Source of the DNA: Planctomycetota bacterium
GTDB taxonomy: Bacteria; Planctomycetota; PLA2; JAEUHO01
Length of the DNA: 64,000 bases
Assembly: GCA_965223505.1 (NCBI GenBank)
Contig: CBDCWP010000040.1
Span: 96,001-160,000 of the forward strand
Direction: 5' to 3'
The notes beneath the pieces are model-generated. The model did not search any database. It was not told where the DNA came from and saw nothing but the letters and a program-made list of their open reading frames with translations. The position numbers and the translations under genes were made by a program. Shown here one piece after another: positions 46,941-55,937 of the stretch. Position 1 is the stretch's first letter, and each line of letters starts with the position of its first letter.

Positions 46941-48119
46941 ATGCCGAGGAGCGTGCCCGCGCCCGTGAACCCCGACGTGCTCGTGTGGGCGCGAGAGTCC
47001 GCGCGTTGGAGCCGCGAGCTCATGGCTAAGGCCATTGGCGTGGATGTCGCGAAGGTGACGTCGTGGGAATCGGGTGACGCGACGCCGACGTTGGCGCAGC
47101 TTCGCGCGTTCGCCAAGAAGTGTAAGCGGCCGTTATCGGTGCTCATGCTCGATGAACCGCCTCGCGACTACATGCCCCTTGAAGACTACCGGTCGATTGC
47201 CGGGACTGCCGTCACAGCTGATGCTCCCGCCCTCGCCTATCAGGTCCGGCTCGCGTGGGAGAGACGAGAGACTGCTCTCGACTTGTACGACGATCTCGGC
47301 GAGCGCCCCCCCGATTTCGGTGTAGAGGCGACGCGTAGATCGAAACCGGACACCCTGGCTGCGCGGCTCAGAGACCGACTGGGCACTCCCATCGAAGCTC
47401 AGATGAAGGCGAGAACCGCAGCTGACGCGCTCCGTATGTGGCGCTCCGCTTTCGAAGCGGCAGGTGTGCTTGTCTTTCAGGCACCGCGCTTGAGCGAAAA
47501 CGCAATGCGGGGGTTTTCTATCGGCGAGCACCCACTGCCGGTGATCGTGTTGAACAGCAAGGACGCAATCGTGGGGAAGATCTTCACGCTGTTTCACGAA
47601 CTGGCGCATGTGGCACTGCGACATGGCGGCGTGTGCGACCTCGAACCACGCCACCTCTCACCGGAGAAACGCAACGTCGAGGTGTACTGCAACCAAGTCG
47701 CCGCCTCCGCGCTCATGCCAGCCGAGGTCTTCCTCGGCCAGCACATCGTCGTTAGAAACGAAGGCCATATGGAGTGGTCGAACGGCGACGTCACGGCCCT
47801 TGCACGACGATTCAACGTCAGCAGAGAGGCCGCACTACGGCGCCTGTTGACATTCGGAAGAACGACGGAGCGCCACTACAAAGCAATGCGTGCCGCTTTT
47901 GCCGATGAGTACGAGCGAGTGCCCACGACCGAGCCGCTACGAATCCCGCAGGACATCATGGCCATCAGCAGAAACGGGAGGGCGTACTCGCAGCTCGTGA
48001 TCGCCGCCTATGACGCCAACGCAATTACAGCAGCCGACGCGTCAGACTTCTTGGGCGCCAAGCCCAAGTACATCGCGAAGATCCGGGATCGAGCGTTCTC
48101 CGCGGCGGGAACCGCTTGA
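46941..48119 (+). CDS. XRE-HTH plus ImmA/IrrE family metallopeptidase
   Basis: N-terminal HTH (LVWARE...WESG...PT); FTLFHELAH; EVYCNQVAA; RRFNVSREA. Confidence 0.92.
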   Translation: MPRSVPAPVNPDVLVWARESARWSRELMAKAIGVDVAKVTSWESGDATPTLAQLRAFAKKCKRPLSVLMLDEPPRDYMPLEDYRSIAGTAVTADAPALAYQVRLAWERRETALDLYDDLGERPPDFGVEATRRSKPDTLAARLRDRLGTPIEAQMKARTAADALRMWRSAFEAAGVLVFQAPRLSENAMRGFSIGEHPLPVIVLNSKDAIVGKIFTLFHELAHVALRHGGVCDLEPRHLSPEKRNVEVYCNQVAASALMPAEVFLGQHIVVRNEGHMEWSNGDVTALARRFNVSREAALRRLLTFGRTTERHYKAMRAAFADEYERVPTTEPLRIPQDIMAISRNGRAYSQLVIAAYDANAITAADASDFLGAKPKYIAKIRDRAFSAAGTA

Positions 48120-48583
48120 AATACGTCGTTGACACGAGTGCGCTGACGTTCGGGTGGAACACGGTGTACCCGCCGGAGAGGTTTCCCACGCTTTGGGCCC
48201 GGATGGAACGCGCGATTCGGGACGGCGCGCTTCGCAGCAGCCGCGAAGTAAAAGAGGAACTCCAGAAGAAGGACGACGATCTGTTGGCCTGGGCAAAGCA
48301 ACAAGACGACTTCTTCATCGAGACGAACGCGGATATCTACAACCGAAGCCGAGAGATCGTGAATGACTTCCGAGGTCTGACGAAGAAGGCCAGGGGGCGA
48401 CGCCCCGCCGATCCGTTCCTAGTCGCCATCGGCGAGATACATGGGTGCGCAGTCGTCTCGGCAGAGGGCCGATCGGCCTCGGACGATCGCCTCAACGCGA
48501 GGATCCCGAATGTCTGCGACGCGCTCGGCGTGGAGTTCATGACGTTGCCTGAAGTGATCGTCGCGGAAGGCTGGACGTTCTAG
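48116..48583 (+). CDS. DUF4411 family PIN-like protein
   Basis: YVVDTS...YPPERFPTLW...EVKEEL...ADPFLVA...RIPNVC; overlaps the upstream stop. Confidence 0.88.
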   Translation: MKYVVDTSALTFGWNTVYPPERFPTLWARMERAIRDGALRSSREVKEELQKKDDDLLAWAKQQDDFFIETNADIYNRSREIVNDFRGLTKKARGRRPADPFLVAIGEIHGCAVVSAEGRSASDDRLNARIPNVCDALGVEFMTLPEVIVAEGWTF

Positions 48584-48761
48584 ACGCTCCGCAGCGCGGG
48601 CTGGTGACTTCGCGATGAGCGACGCGGGGGATGAGGCATCAACCTCGCCAGCATCTAGACGGAACTTCGTTCGGCTCGACCGCGAGTGCTGCGCCTGCTG
48701 CACGCCGCGCCGAATGGCGCCGGATCAACGGATACCCACTTCGGTGTGGGCCGCCCACTCG

Positions 48762-48812
48762 CAGAGAGCCGGTTTGGGGAGATGCTTGACGTGCCGGCGC
48801 CACGACCTCGCC
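48762..48812 (+). repeat. 51-bp direct repeat, copy 1
   Basis: CAGAGAGCCGGTTTGGGGAGATGCTTGACGTGCCGGCGCCACGACCTCGCC; one mismatch to copy 2. Confidence 0.93.
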
Positions 48813-48897
48813 ACAGCGAAGATCCCTTACGAGACCTCTGGGGCATGGCCAGGTCCGCCGAAGGCCAGAATACGGCAGGCTGCTACGATCCGGCGCC

Positions 48898-49689
48898 ATG
48901 GACGCCATCGACCGGAAGAAACAGCAGACGGATCTAGTTGTGGGCTTGGGACATCTGCTGCGTCCGCTGCGAGGTATCGCCGTGGAAGGCAAGACGCAGG
49001 CCGAGATCGCCAACGCGTGTCGGGAATTCAATGCAGACCTGAAGGACTACCGCCGAGCGGCCGACGCATTCGCAGAGGAGTACGAAGTAGAGCGCATTAG
49101 CATCACCAGAGCGCTCAACTTGCTGGCGAATCAGCTCGGTCACCACCGGGACAAGCCCGATTCACTGGCGCGAGAGTTGGACACCGCGCAGGCAGCCGTG
49201 ACGGACGCGCTGCTGCGCGTACCGCTAGAGGTCCCCTCTCTCGTTGTAGGTGAACTGTCGCCGTTTCGCGCATACCTGACGCTCAAGACGCTGTTCAGCG
49301 CAGCGCGCACGCGGGTCATGTGCACGGACCCGTATATGGACCGCACCATCTTCCACCGCTACGTCGCCGACGTGGACCCCAACGCCGCTGTGTTGCTGGT
49401 CACTACGAACAAGGGTGGCCGAGGCGCCAATCGGCTAAGGGAGGTGGTGGACGTGGCGCGCCTGTACGCCGCCGAGCGCTCGCCCACTGCATTCACGCTG
49501 GTTCAGGCCGCGAGCGCGCACGACCGGCATCTCGTGTGCGACAACGAAGCCCACCATCTGGGCGGATCGCTGAAGGACGCCGCCGCGAAGGACCACTACA
49601 GCATCACGCCGCACGACCTCACCGATGCGGAGAACGCGATCCAGACGCTGGTGGCCGGTGGCACCACGTTGATCGCGCCGCCCCCGTAG
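48898..49689 (+). CDS. Hypothetical protein: helical N-terminus plus C-terminal PLD-like domain (HDR variant)
   Basis: TDPYMD...AHDRHLVCD...HHLGGSLKD pattern. Confidence 0.6.
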   Translation: MDAIDRKKQQTDLVVGLGHLLRPLRGIAVEGKTQAEIANACREFNADLKDYRRAADAFAEEYEVERISITRALNLLANQLGHHRDKPDSLARELDTAQAAVTDALLRVPLEVPSLVVGELSPFRAYLTLKTLFSAARTRVMCTDPYMDRTIFHRYVADVDPNAAVLLVTTNKGGRGANRLREVVDVARLYAAERSPTAFTLVQAASAHDRHLVCDNEAHHLGGSLKDAAAKDHYSITPHDLTDAENAIQTLVAGGTTLIAPPP

Positions 49690-49872
49690 ATGCCAGCGCC
49701 GATGCGTTGGGCCACCACAGCCCTCAGACACCGCGACCGCAGGCAGGTGGCCAGCGTCGATTGCTTCCTGGACGAGTGGTTCGAGGTGCGTCCGAGGCAG
49801 ACCATGCCGGGACGCTGATCTGGGGCCCAACCTCACTGCGATAGCGGACCTGTCACTCGGCGCGTACAGACT

Positions 49873-51351
49873 ATGGCAATGGGCTACACAGACCGCCTCT
49901 CGTTTGACTCGGTAATCCCCGATGCCGAGCGCGTTCAGCGCGAACTGAGCAGGAGTGCGGAGCAGCTCTTCGGCGCGCTTCACCCTTCGCTGACACCACG
50001 CGTGTACCCAATCGCGGTGCCGAAGGAACCATCGGGCAGGCTGATCGTCACACCTGACCACCCGGAGTGGCTTGCAACCGCATCGAGGCTAGCGAACAAG
50101 CAGTTCCCGCGGAAGAAGATCAACGCAACGCTGGTGGGCCTTGAGCAATCGGAGGCAGCCACAGCATTCGCTGAGGAGAGCGTACGAAGCCACCACTTTG
50201 GTTTCACGATATCGCAGGCCATTGAGCAAGCCGTCGCACACCACGGCGACGACACCTATACCTACGCCTGCTCTGATGGGACGTTCCGACGGGGGTACTG
50301 GATCGGAACGGTCCTGGGGCTTCCCTCTGCAGCCCTGGATTGGACCGACCGCTTTAGGACGCAGTTGATTACCGACTCAAATAGGAAACCAGGGCTCGTT
50401 CCGGCGGCAGTGGGACGATACCTGGCAATGGCATCTCGAGTGCTTCGAGAGGCGAAGGAGTTTGACGAACTCCCGACAACGTGGCCCGAGGAGATCCTCC
50501 GCGAGGCCGGCGCGCTTCTCCTGGCACACGCAAGCGGCATTGAGTACGGCGCATTCCACCTCTTTGATGCACTTACCACCGTCGCGGCACTGCCGTACGA
50601 GGGCAAGACGTGTACGGCGCGGGTGCACGTTGGACCCGAATGGAAAGTTCGAAGGTCCATCGAGGTCGAACTTGAGGGACCGATCGGCACGCAGAGCCAT
50701 CGCCAGTTCAGGAAGCTCGCAGCCACGGCAGCGAATGTCCCGCTTCTGACAGATGGCGCACAGTTGCTCGGCTTCGGTGAGATTCCCAAGGAACTGCAGC
50801 CGGCGTCCGTCGGATTCACGGGGCTCTCCCAGTGGGCCCTATCCCTTGGCGCAACGCAGCTGATGCAGGTAACGGCGGGACTGGTACGGCTGCCCGCCCA
50901 TGTGCTGGCACCGGCGGAGATCCTGGCGCGAATACACCATGTGTTTCCAGACGCCCCACACGAGGCTTCAGAGCGGCTCGGAGAGCTTGTTGACCAGCTC
51001 GTCTCGCTACGAGAGAGCGGCCTGCTGATCATCACGGAGCAACCGCAGAAGTTCCGAAACTTCAAGAGTAGTTACGCTCTCCGCCCACGCGCATTGTCTG
51101 CGAAACGCATTCGTGACCTCCTGCGGATGGATGGCGCGGTCGTGCTGGATCTCGATGCGAGGCTACACGCCGCTGGGGTGATCCTCGATGGCCGTGCCTG
51201 CGATGCGGAGGATCCCAGCCGAGGAGCTCGTTTCAACTCAGCCCTACGGTTTGTCAGAGATACACCATGTCTTGCTGTGGTGCTTTCCGAGGACGGCATG
51301 GTTGATCTGCTTCCGAACCTCGCACCCGACGAACCGAGCGGGGAGCGCTGA
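49873..51351 (+). CDS. DisA-like diadenylate cyclase (DAC) domain protein with long N-terminal region
   Basis: ALPYEG, LRMDGAVVLD, GVILDG, RGARFNSA and VLSEDGMV motifs. Confidence 0.85.
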   Translation: MAMGYTDRLSFDSVIPDAERVQRELSRSAEQLFGALHPSLTPRVYPIAVPKEPSGRLIVTPDHPEWLATASRLANKQFPRKKINATLVGLEQSEAATAFAEESVRSHHFGFTISQAIEQAVAHHGDDTYTYACSDGTFRRGYWIGTVLGLPSAALDWTDRFRTQLITDSNRKPGLVPAAVGRYLAMASRVLREAKEFDELPTTWPEEILREAGALLLAHASGIEYGAFHLFDALTTVAALPYEGKTCTARVHVGPEWKVRRSIEVELEGPIGTQSHRQFRKLAATAANVPLLTDGAQLLGFGEIPKELQPASVGFTGLSQWALSLGATQLMQVTAGLVRLPAHVLAPAEILARIHHVFPDAPHEASERLGELVDQLVSLRESGLLIITEQPQKFRNFKSSYALRPRALSAKRIRDLLRMDGAVVLDLDARLHAAGVILDGRACDAEDPSRGARFNSALRFVRDTPCLAVVLSEDGMVDLLPNLAPDEPSGER

Positions 51352-51426
51352 CTCGATTCCGGCGGACAAGACTCCATGGGAGCACCGCAGAAGCGCCACC
51401 CGTCATCGACACAGCCTGCCCATCTA

Positions 51427-51477
51427 CAGAGAGCCGGTTTGGGGAGATGTTTGACGTGCCGGCGCCACGACCTCGCC
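51427..51477 (+). repeat. 51-bp direct repeat, copy 2
   Basis: Matches 48762-48812 at 50/51 positions. Confidence 0.93.
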
Positions 51478-51558
51478 TTTGGTCGCACCTCCTCGCACGA
51501 ACGGCACATATGGCGATTCGGCGCACAGGCGAACGGGTGGCCCCGCAGGGCCATTTGT

Positions 51559-51646
51559 TGGTGCCGAAGGTGGGACTCGAACCCACAAGCCCTAAACGGG
51601 CGGGGGATTTTGAATCCCCTGCGTCTGCCAATTCCGCCACTTCGGC
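51559..51646 (-). tRNA. tRNA-Leu(CAA), intact, with encoded CCA; integration site
   Basis: GCCGAAGTGGCGGAATTGGCAGACGCAGGGGATTCAAAATCCCC...GGTTCGAGTCCCACCTTCGGCACCA; long variable arm. Confidence 0.97.
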
Positions 51647-51710
51647 TCGCCTGACAAGGCCGACTGTTATGGCCCGAACTGCCCCCGACGCAAGTGTTGC
51701 CACATCGACC

Positions 51711-52718
51711 TCACTCGAACACGCCACCAATGCGCCGGACCGGGTCCCGCAGCTCCTCGAATCGAATCAGCGACGTCAGGCTCGTCGTACCCAAGATCGC
51801 AAGCCCCCACGCCCAAAGCGCGTACCCCCCGACGATCATCGAAGTGTTGACGGGCGTCGCAATGGCACCGATCCCAAACCCGCCGGTCACGACATAGTAC
51901 GACCACCACCACACCATCGGGAGCACCAGAAACGCCGCAATCGCCAAACCAACGATCACCTTGAGCAACCGTCGATCCGGTTCACGTCGCAAGCCGAAGA
52001 GTGCCAGCCCTCCGGTCAGGACGAGCAGCCCAATGGCGAACATGTACGACAGCAGAAGCGTGCGCTCAGCGGGATTCTCGACGTCATCGAGCGCATCGAG
52101 GATGTGCCAAAGCCCAATGCCGGTCGGCCTCGCACTGAGGACCACGATCAACATGCTGCCGCCACCCAAGGTGGTCATCAAGCGAGATGCACGCGACCGG
52201 GGATTCAACAGCAACCCTCGCGCTCCTCCGGCGATCGCGATCAAGAGCAAGACACGCACTCCCGGTGAGCCACCGCCGAAGCCGAACAACCCAAACGGCA
52301 GATTCTGGACCACTCTCTGCATCCATATCCACTCGCCCGTGTCAGCCGTTCGGGTCAACACGAACATCGTCGACAGCGCGAGCAGAACGGCTGAACGACC
52401 GGACGCGACACGGCCACGCACCAGCAGAAGCGCAATGACCGCGAACGCGACGGGCAGCATCACCTCCGCGAGCAAGAAGATCACATCCGTCCTCACGAGA
52501 GAGAATCGCTCCCACGGCCATGCCAAGACAAGCAACGGCCCGTCGCCCGAGAACGTGAACTCTGGCCCTGGAGCACAGGCGCTCAATACCAGCGCAGTCG
52601 CCGCGGCCACCGTGCGGCGTCTGAGAGACCTTCGCAGAGACGCGACCTCACGACGCAGCGCGGCTTCATCATCGACGTCTGCCGCAGTGCCGCCCTGTCC
52701 ACCCTCACTGTCCTTCAT
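51711..52718 (-). CDS. Multi-pass membrane hypothetical protein
   Basis: Several hydrophobic segments. Confidence 0.6.
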   Translation of the reverse strand: MKDSEGGQGGTAADVDDEAALRREVASLRRSLRRRTVAAATALVLSACAPGPEFTFSGDGPLLVLAWPWERFSLVRTDVIFLLAEVMLPVAFAVIALLLVRGRVASGRSAVLLALSTMFVLTRTADTGEWIWMQRVVQNLPFGLFGFGGGSPGVRVLLLIAIAGGARGLLLNPRSRASRLMTTLGGGSMLIVVLSARPTGIGLWHILDALDDVENPAERTLLLSYMFAIGLLVLTGGLALFGLRREPDRRLLKVIVGLAIAAFLVLPMVWWWSYYVVTGGFGIGAIATPVNTSMIVGGYALWAWGLAILGTTSLTSLIRFEELRDPVRRIGGVFE

Positions 52719-52755
52719 CACTCGAACACCCCTGTCCGCCACTTGGATCGCTCGA

Positions 52756-54084
52756 TCAACGGGGCCCCTCGGATCTCAGCTCCTTGATCCGCACGTTCCG
52801 GAAGCAAACGACGCTGTTCTTCCAGTCCTGGTGGTTCTGCAGGCCGATCATCCCCTTCGTCGCCCGGTCCCCGACGTACTCGTTGATCCGCTCACCGTTG
52901 AGCCACACCGCATACGTCTGCCCCTCACACCGGATCTCCATCGCGTTCCACTCGCCCGGCGTCTTCAACGTCACCTTCGAGGGCGCCTTGAACGTGTAGA
53001 CCGCGCCGGTGTTGTGCTTCGACGGCTCGTCGCCCTGGATCTGGATCTCGTACCCCTCGTTCACGGGCAACCACGGATCCCCGTTCACACGCGGGAACCG
53101 CACGAACACACCCGAGTTCGCGTGCACCGCGTTCTGCCTGAACTCGAGTCGCAGCACGAAGTCCTCGAACACCTCGTCGAAGTACCACAGCCCCATGCCC
53201 CCCACCGGCGTCGCCACGCCGTCCGCGACCTCGAACCTGCCCGGCCCGGCCTGCTTCCAACCGCGCGCACCGACCGTCGCGTCGAACAATGGAACGAACC
53301 CGTCCGCGTCGGGCTTGCGCTCGATCGGGGGCTCGGGCTCCGCCATGCTCCACGCAATGCCTTCGACCACATGCGTCAGGAAGCGCTCGTCCTCCCAGTT
53401 GTGCGGGTGATGGCCCAGCGCCGTGTAGAAGACGCGTCCCTCCCCGAACTCCTTGCACCAGGCCGTCGCGAAGTCCTTGTCGGCTCGCTTCACGCCCATC
53501 GTCTCGAGATCGACGCTCTTCACGTCCAGGCTCAGCAGGACCGTCGCGTCCGCGCGACTCCAGGCCTTGAACTGGTAGATCTCGTCGTGGATCTCGAACG
53601 CGTGCCCCAGGTGCTTCGTCGCCGGATGCTCCTGATCCTCGACCCGGATCCGCACCTTCTGGTTCCACGGATGGCCGTCGAAGTAGGCGCCCGTCATTTC
53701 GCCGTACGGCGCGTACTCGTAGAAGGTGTCCGTCGCGCAATGGATACCGACGAACCCGCCGCCGTTGCGCACGAACTGGATCAACCCCTTCTTCGTCGCG
53801 TCGTCCACCGGCAGCTCGCCCGTCGTGTAGAAGACGACCGCGTCGAACGTCGCCAGCTTCCCGAGATAGGCCACGTCCTGCGTCGCGGTCACCTCGAATC
53901 GCTCGCCGACCGCCTCGACGAGCCTGCGCTCGGCGTGCGACAGCTCGTCCGGCAACGCGCGCTTGACGACTCGATGCACGTAGCCCGCCGAGTGCGTCAG
54001 GAACAGCACCCGCGGCTTGCGCGGTGTGTCCTCCTCGCAGCCCACCACGAGCAGCAGGCAGATTGCGATCCACGCCGCTCTCAT
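52756..54084 (-). CDS. ThuA-like domain plus DUF1080 lipoprotein
   Basis: Lipobox LVVGC; GGGFVGIHCATDT, HPW, DEIY, GRVFYTALGH; NSGVF, GEWN, IGLQNH, FRNVRIKEL. Confidence 0.9.
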   Translation of the reverse strand: MRAAWIAICLLLVVGCEEDTPRKPRVLFLTHSAGYVHRVVKRALPDELSHAERRLVEAVGERFEVTATQDVAYLGKLATFDAVVFYTTGELPVDDATKKGLIQFVRNGGGFVGIHCATDTFYEYAPYGEMTGAYFDGHPWNQKVRIRVEDQEHPATKHLGHAFEIHDEIYQFKAWSRADATVLLSLDVKSVDLETMGVKRADKDFATAWCKEFGEGRVFYTALGHHPHNWEDERFLTHVVEGIAWSMAEPEPPIERKPDADGFVPLFDATVGARGWKQAGPGRFEVADGVATPVGGMGLWYFDEVFEDFVLRLEFRQNAVHANSGVFVRFPRVNGDPWLPVNEGYEIQIQGDEPSKHNTGAVYTFKAPSKVTLKTPGEWNAMEIRCEGQTYAVWLNGERINEYVGDRATKGMIGLQNHQDWKNSVVCFRNVRIKELRSEGPR

Positions 54085-54977
54085 CGCGCGTACACGTCGT
54101 CCATGCGCTTCGCGATCTCGGCCAGGCGCTCCTCGCCCCCGCCTCCGACCTCGGCCGTGCCCCAGCCGCGCCAGTCGATCTTCGCCAACGCCTTGTTGAC
54201 CTCGCCCCAGTCGCCGTCGCCGTCGCCGATCTTCGTGCGGAAGCCTTTGCCCAGCCCTTCCTGATTGCTCAGCTTCTTGCTGAAGTCCTTGATGTCGAGC
54301 TTCTTGATGCGCTTGCCCAGCGCCTCGATCCAGTGCTGCGGCCAGCCGTAGCGAACGATGTTGCCGATGTCGAGGTACCAGCCCACCCACTCGCTCTCGA
54401 GCTCGTCCAGATAGCGCGCCGCCTCCAACGGACTGAGCAGGAAGTTGTTCCACACGTTCTCGATCGCGATCGTGATCTGATTCTCCGCGGCCAGCGGCAG
54501 CACCTTCTTGATCTCGGCCTGCGACCGCTCGTACGCGTCCTTGTACGAGACCCCCCGGTTCACGACGGCCGGAACAAGGAGTACGGTGGAGCCGCCGTAG
54601 GTCTTGGCGTCGCGAATCGCGGTCTCGAGCCCCTTGCGGCCCTCGGCGCGGACGTCGGGGTTCGGATCGGAGAGGGTCTTGCGCCAGTGCACCGAGTCGA
54701 CGACGCCGTGAATGGGAAGCCCGACCTCGTCGCGCGCCGCGCAGACCTCGGCCTTGTCCAGGCCCGACGGGGCGTCGAGCTCGATGCCGTCGAAGCCGAG
54801 CTTCTTCACGAGCGCGAACTTCTCCTTGACCGTCCCCTTGATGCCGACCATGCCGAATTTGACGGCCTTCTTGATGCGGGCGTTCTCGGCGAACGCGCGC
54901 GGCATGAACGCGGCCATCGCACCCGCCGCCGCGGCGCCGGCCATCAACGTGCGGCGCGTCATCTCGTTCTGCTTCAA
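54081..54977 (-). CDS. Tat-exported sugar-phosphate isomerase/epimerase (xylose isomerase-like TIM barrel)
   Basis: TRRTL Tat motif; GFDGIEL, IENVWNNFLLSP, DIGN, WGTAEV. Confidence 0.88.
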   Translation of the reverse strand: MKQNEMTRRTLMAGAAAAGAMAAFMPRAFAENARIKKAVKFGMVGIKGTVKEKFALVKKLGFDGIELDAPSGLDKAEVCAARDEVGLPIHGVVDSVHWRKTLSDPNPDVRAEGRKGLETAIRDAKTYGGSTVLLVPAVVNRGVSYKDAYERSQAEIKKVLPLAAENQITIAIENVWNNFLLSPLEAARYLDELESEWVGWYLDIGNIVRYGWPQHWIEALGKRIKKLDIKDFSKKLSNQEGLGKGFRTKIGDGDGDWGEVNKALAKIDWRGWGTAEVGGGGEERLAEIAKRMDDVYAR

Positions 54978-55055
54978 CTGGCCCTCCTGCTCTTCGCCGC
55001 GTGCGCCGGCGACGATGCGCCGCCTCCAGCCCGATACGAGCTCGAGCGCGTGCTC

Positions 55056-55937
55056 ATGGGCACGCACATGCGGATCGCACTCTACGCATCCGACGAAGCG
55101 AGCGCAAAGGCGGCCGCCGAAGCGGCGTTCGATCGCGTGGGCGACATCGAATCGAAGATCTCGAGCTGGAAGGACGACAGCGAGCTCAGCCGGCTCGTCG
55201 CGACCGACTGGTCGACGTCGGAGCCGGTGACGATCTCAGAGGACCTCTACCGGTGCCTGAAGATCGGATACGAGTTCGGCGAGCGCAGCGACGGCGCGCT
55301 CGACATCACCGCCGGCCCGCTCATCGCACTCTGGCGCGAGGCGCGCGAAGACGGCGTGCTGCCGACGCGTCAGGCCCTCGACGCGGCCAAGCAGCAGGTC
55401 GGCTGGCAGCGCATCCACCTCGGCGAGGACGGCCGGTCGGTTCGCCTCGAGCCCGGCACGCAGATCGACTTCGGCGCGTTCGGCAAGGGGTACGCGATCG
55501 ACGAGGCCGCGCGGGTGCTCTTCGACCGACGCATGTTCGTCTACCTGATCGACTTCGGCGGCGACATCGCGCTCGGCGACGCCCCGGCCGGAAAGACGGG
55601 TTGGAAGATCGACGTGCCGGGCTGGCCCGAGCCCGTCGGGCTTCGCATGGCGGCCGTGGCCACGTCGGGGAAGTCGGCGCAGTTCGTCGAGATCGACGGA
55701 ACGCGCTATTCGCACATCATCGATCCGCGCTACGGAGACGCGGTCACGCACGATCACCAGGTCACGGTGATCGCCTTCGACGCGTACCGCGCCGACGCGG
55801 AAGCCACGTTGCTCAGTGTCGTGGACGTGTCGCACGCATCGCTGCATCTGCGGTCGTCTTCGTCCGTCGCGCTCATCGTCGAGAACGGCGAGCCCATCTG
55901 GAAGAGCCTCAACTTCCCGCGTCTACCGGGCGAATGA
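55056..55937 (+). CDS. apbE: FAD:protein FMN transferase; an in-frame lipoprotein signal lies upstream, so the true start is unclear
   Basis: MGT...SELSRL...GALDITAGPL...DFGAFGKGYAID...GGD...ATSG...YSHIIDPR...ADAEAT. Confidence 0.9.
   Translation: MGTHMRIALYASDEASAKAAAEAAFDRVGDIESKISSWKDDSELSRLVATDWSTSEPVTISEDLYRCLKIGYEFGERSDGALDITAGPLIALWREAREDGVLPTRQALDAAKQQVGWQRIHLGEDGRSVRLEPGTQIDFGAFGKGYAIDEAARVLFDRRMFVYLIDFGGDIALGDAPAGKTGWKIDVPGWPEPVGLRMAAVATSGKSAQFVEIDGTRYSHIIDPRYGDAVTHDHQVTVIAFDAYRADAEATLLSVVDVSHASLHLRSSSSVALIVENGEPIWKSLNFPRLPGE

Larger units (their letters stand above)
15346..51624. mobile_element. tRNA-Leu-integrated prophage-like/satellite element (~36.2 kb)
   Basis: 66-bp direct repeats; tyrosine integrase, xis-like, rep, helicase loader, terminase and capsid genes inside. 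Confidence 0.93.

Noticed and set aside
51961..54264. 767-aa plus-strand ORF (likewise 56862..58859, 59821..62187, 61982..63820, 2449..4158, 43938..45500)
   Set aside because: These are antisense shadow ORFs of well-supported genes, expected in high-GC DNA, and have no recognisable motifs.
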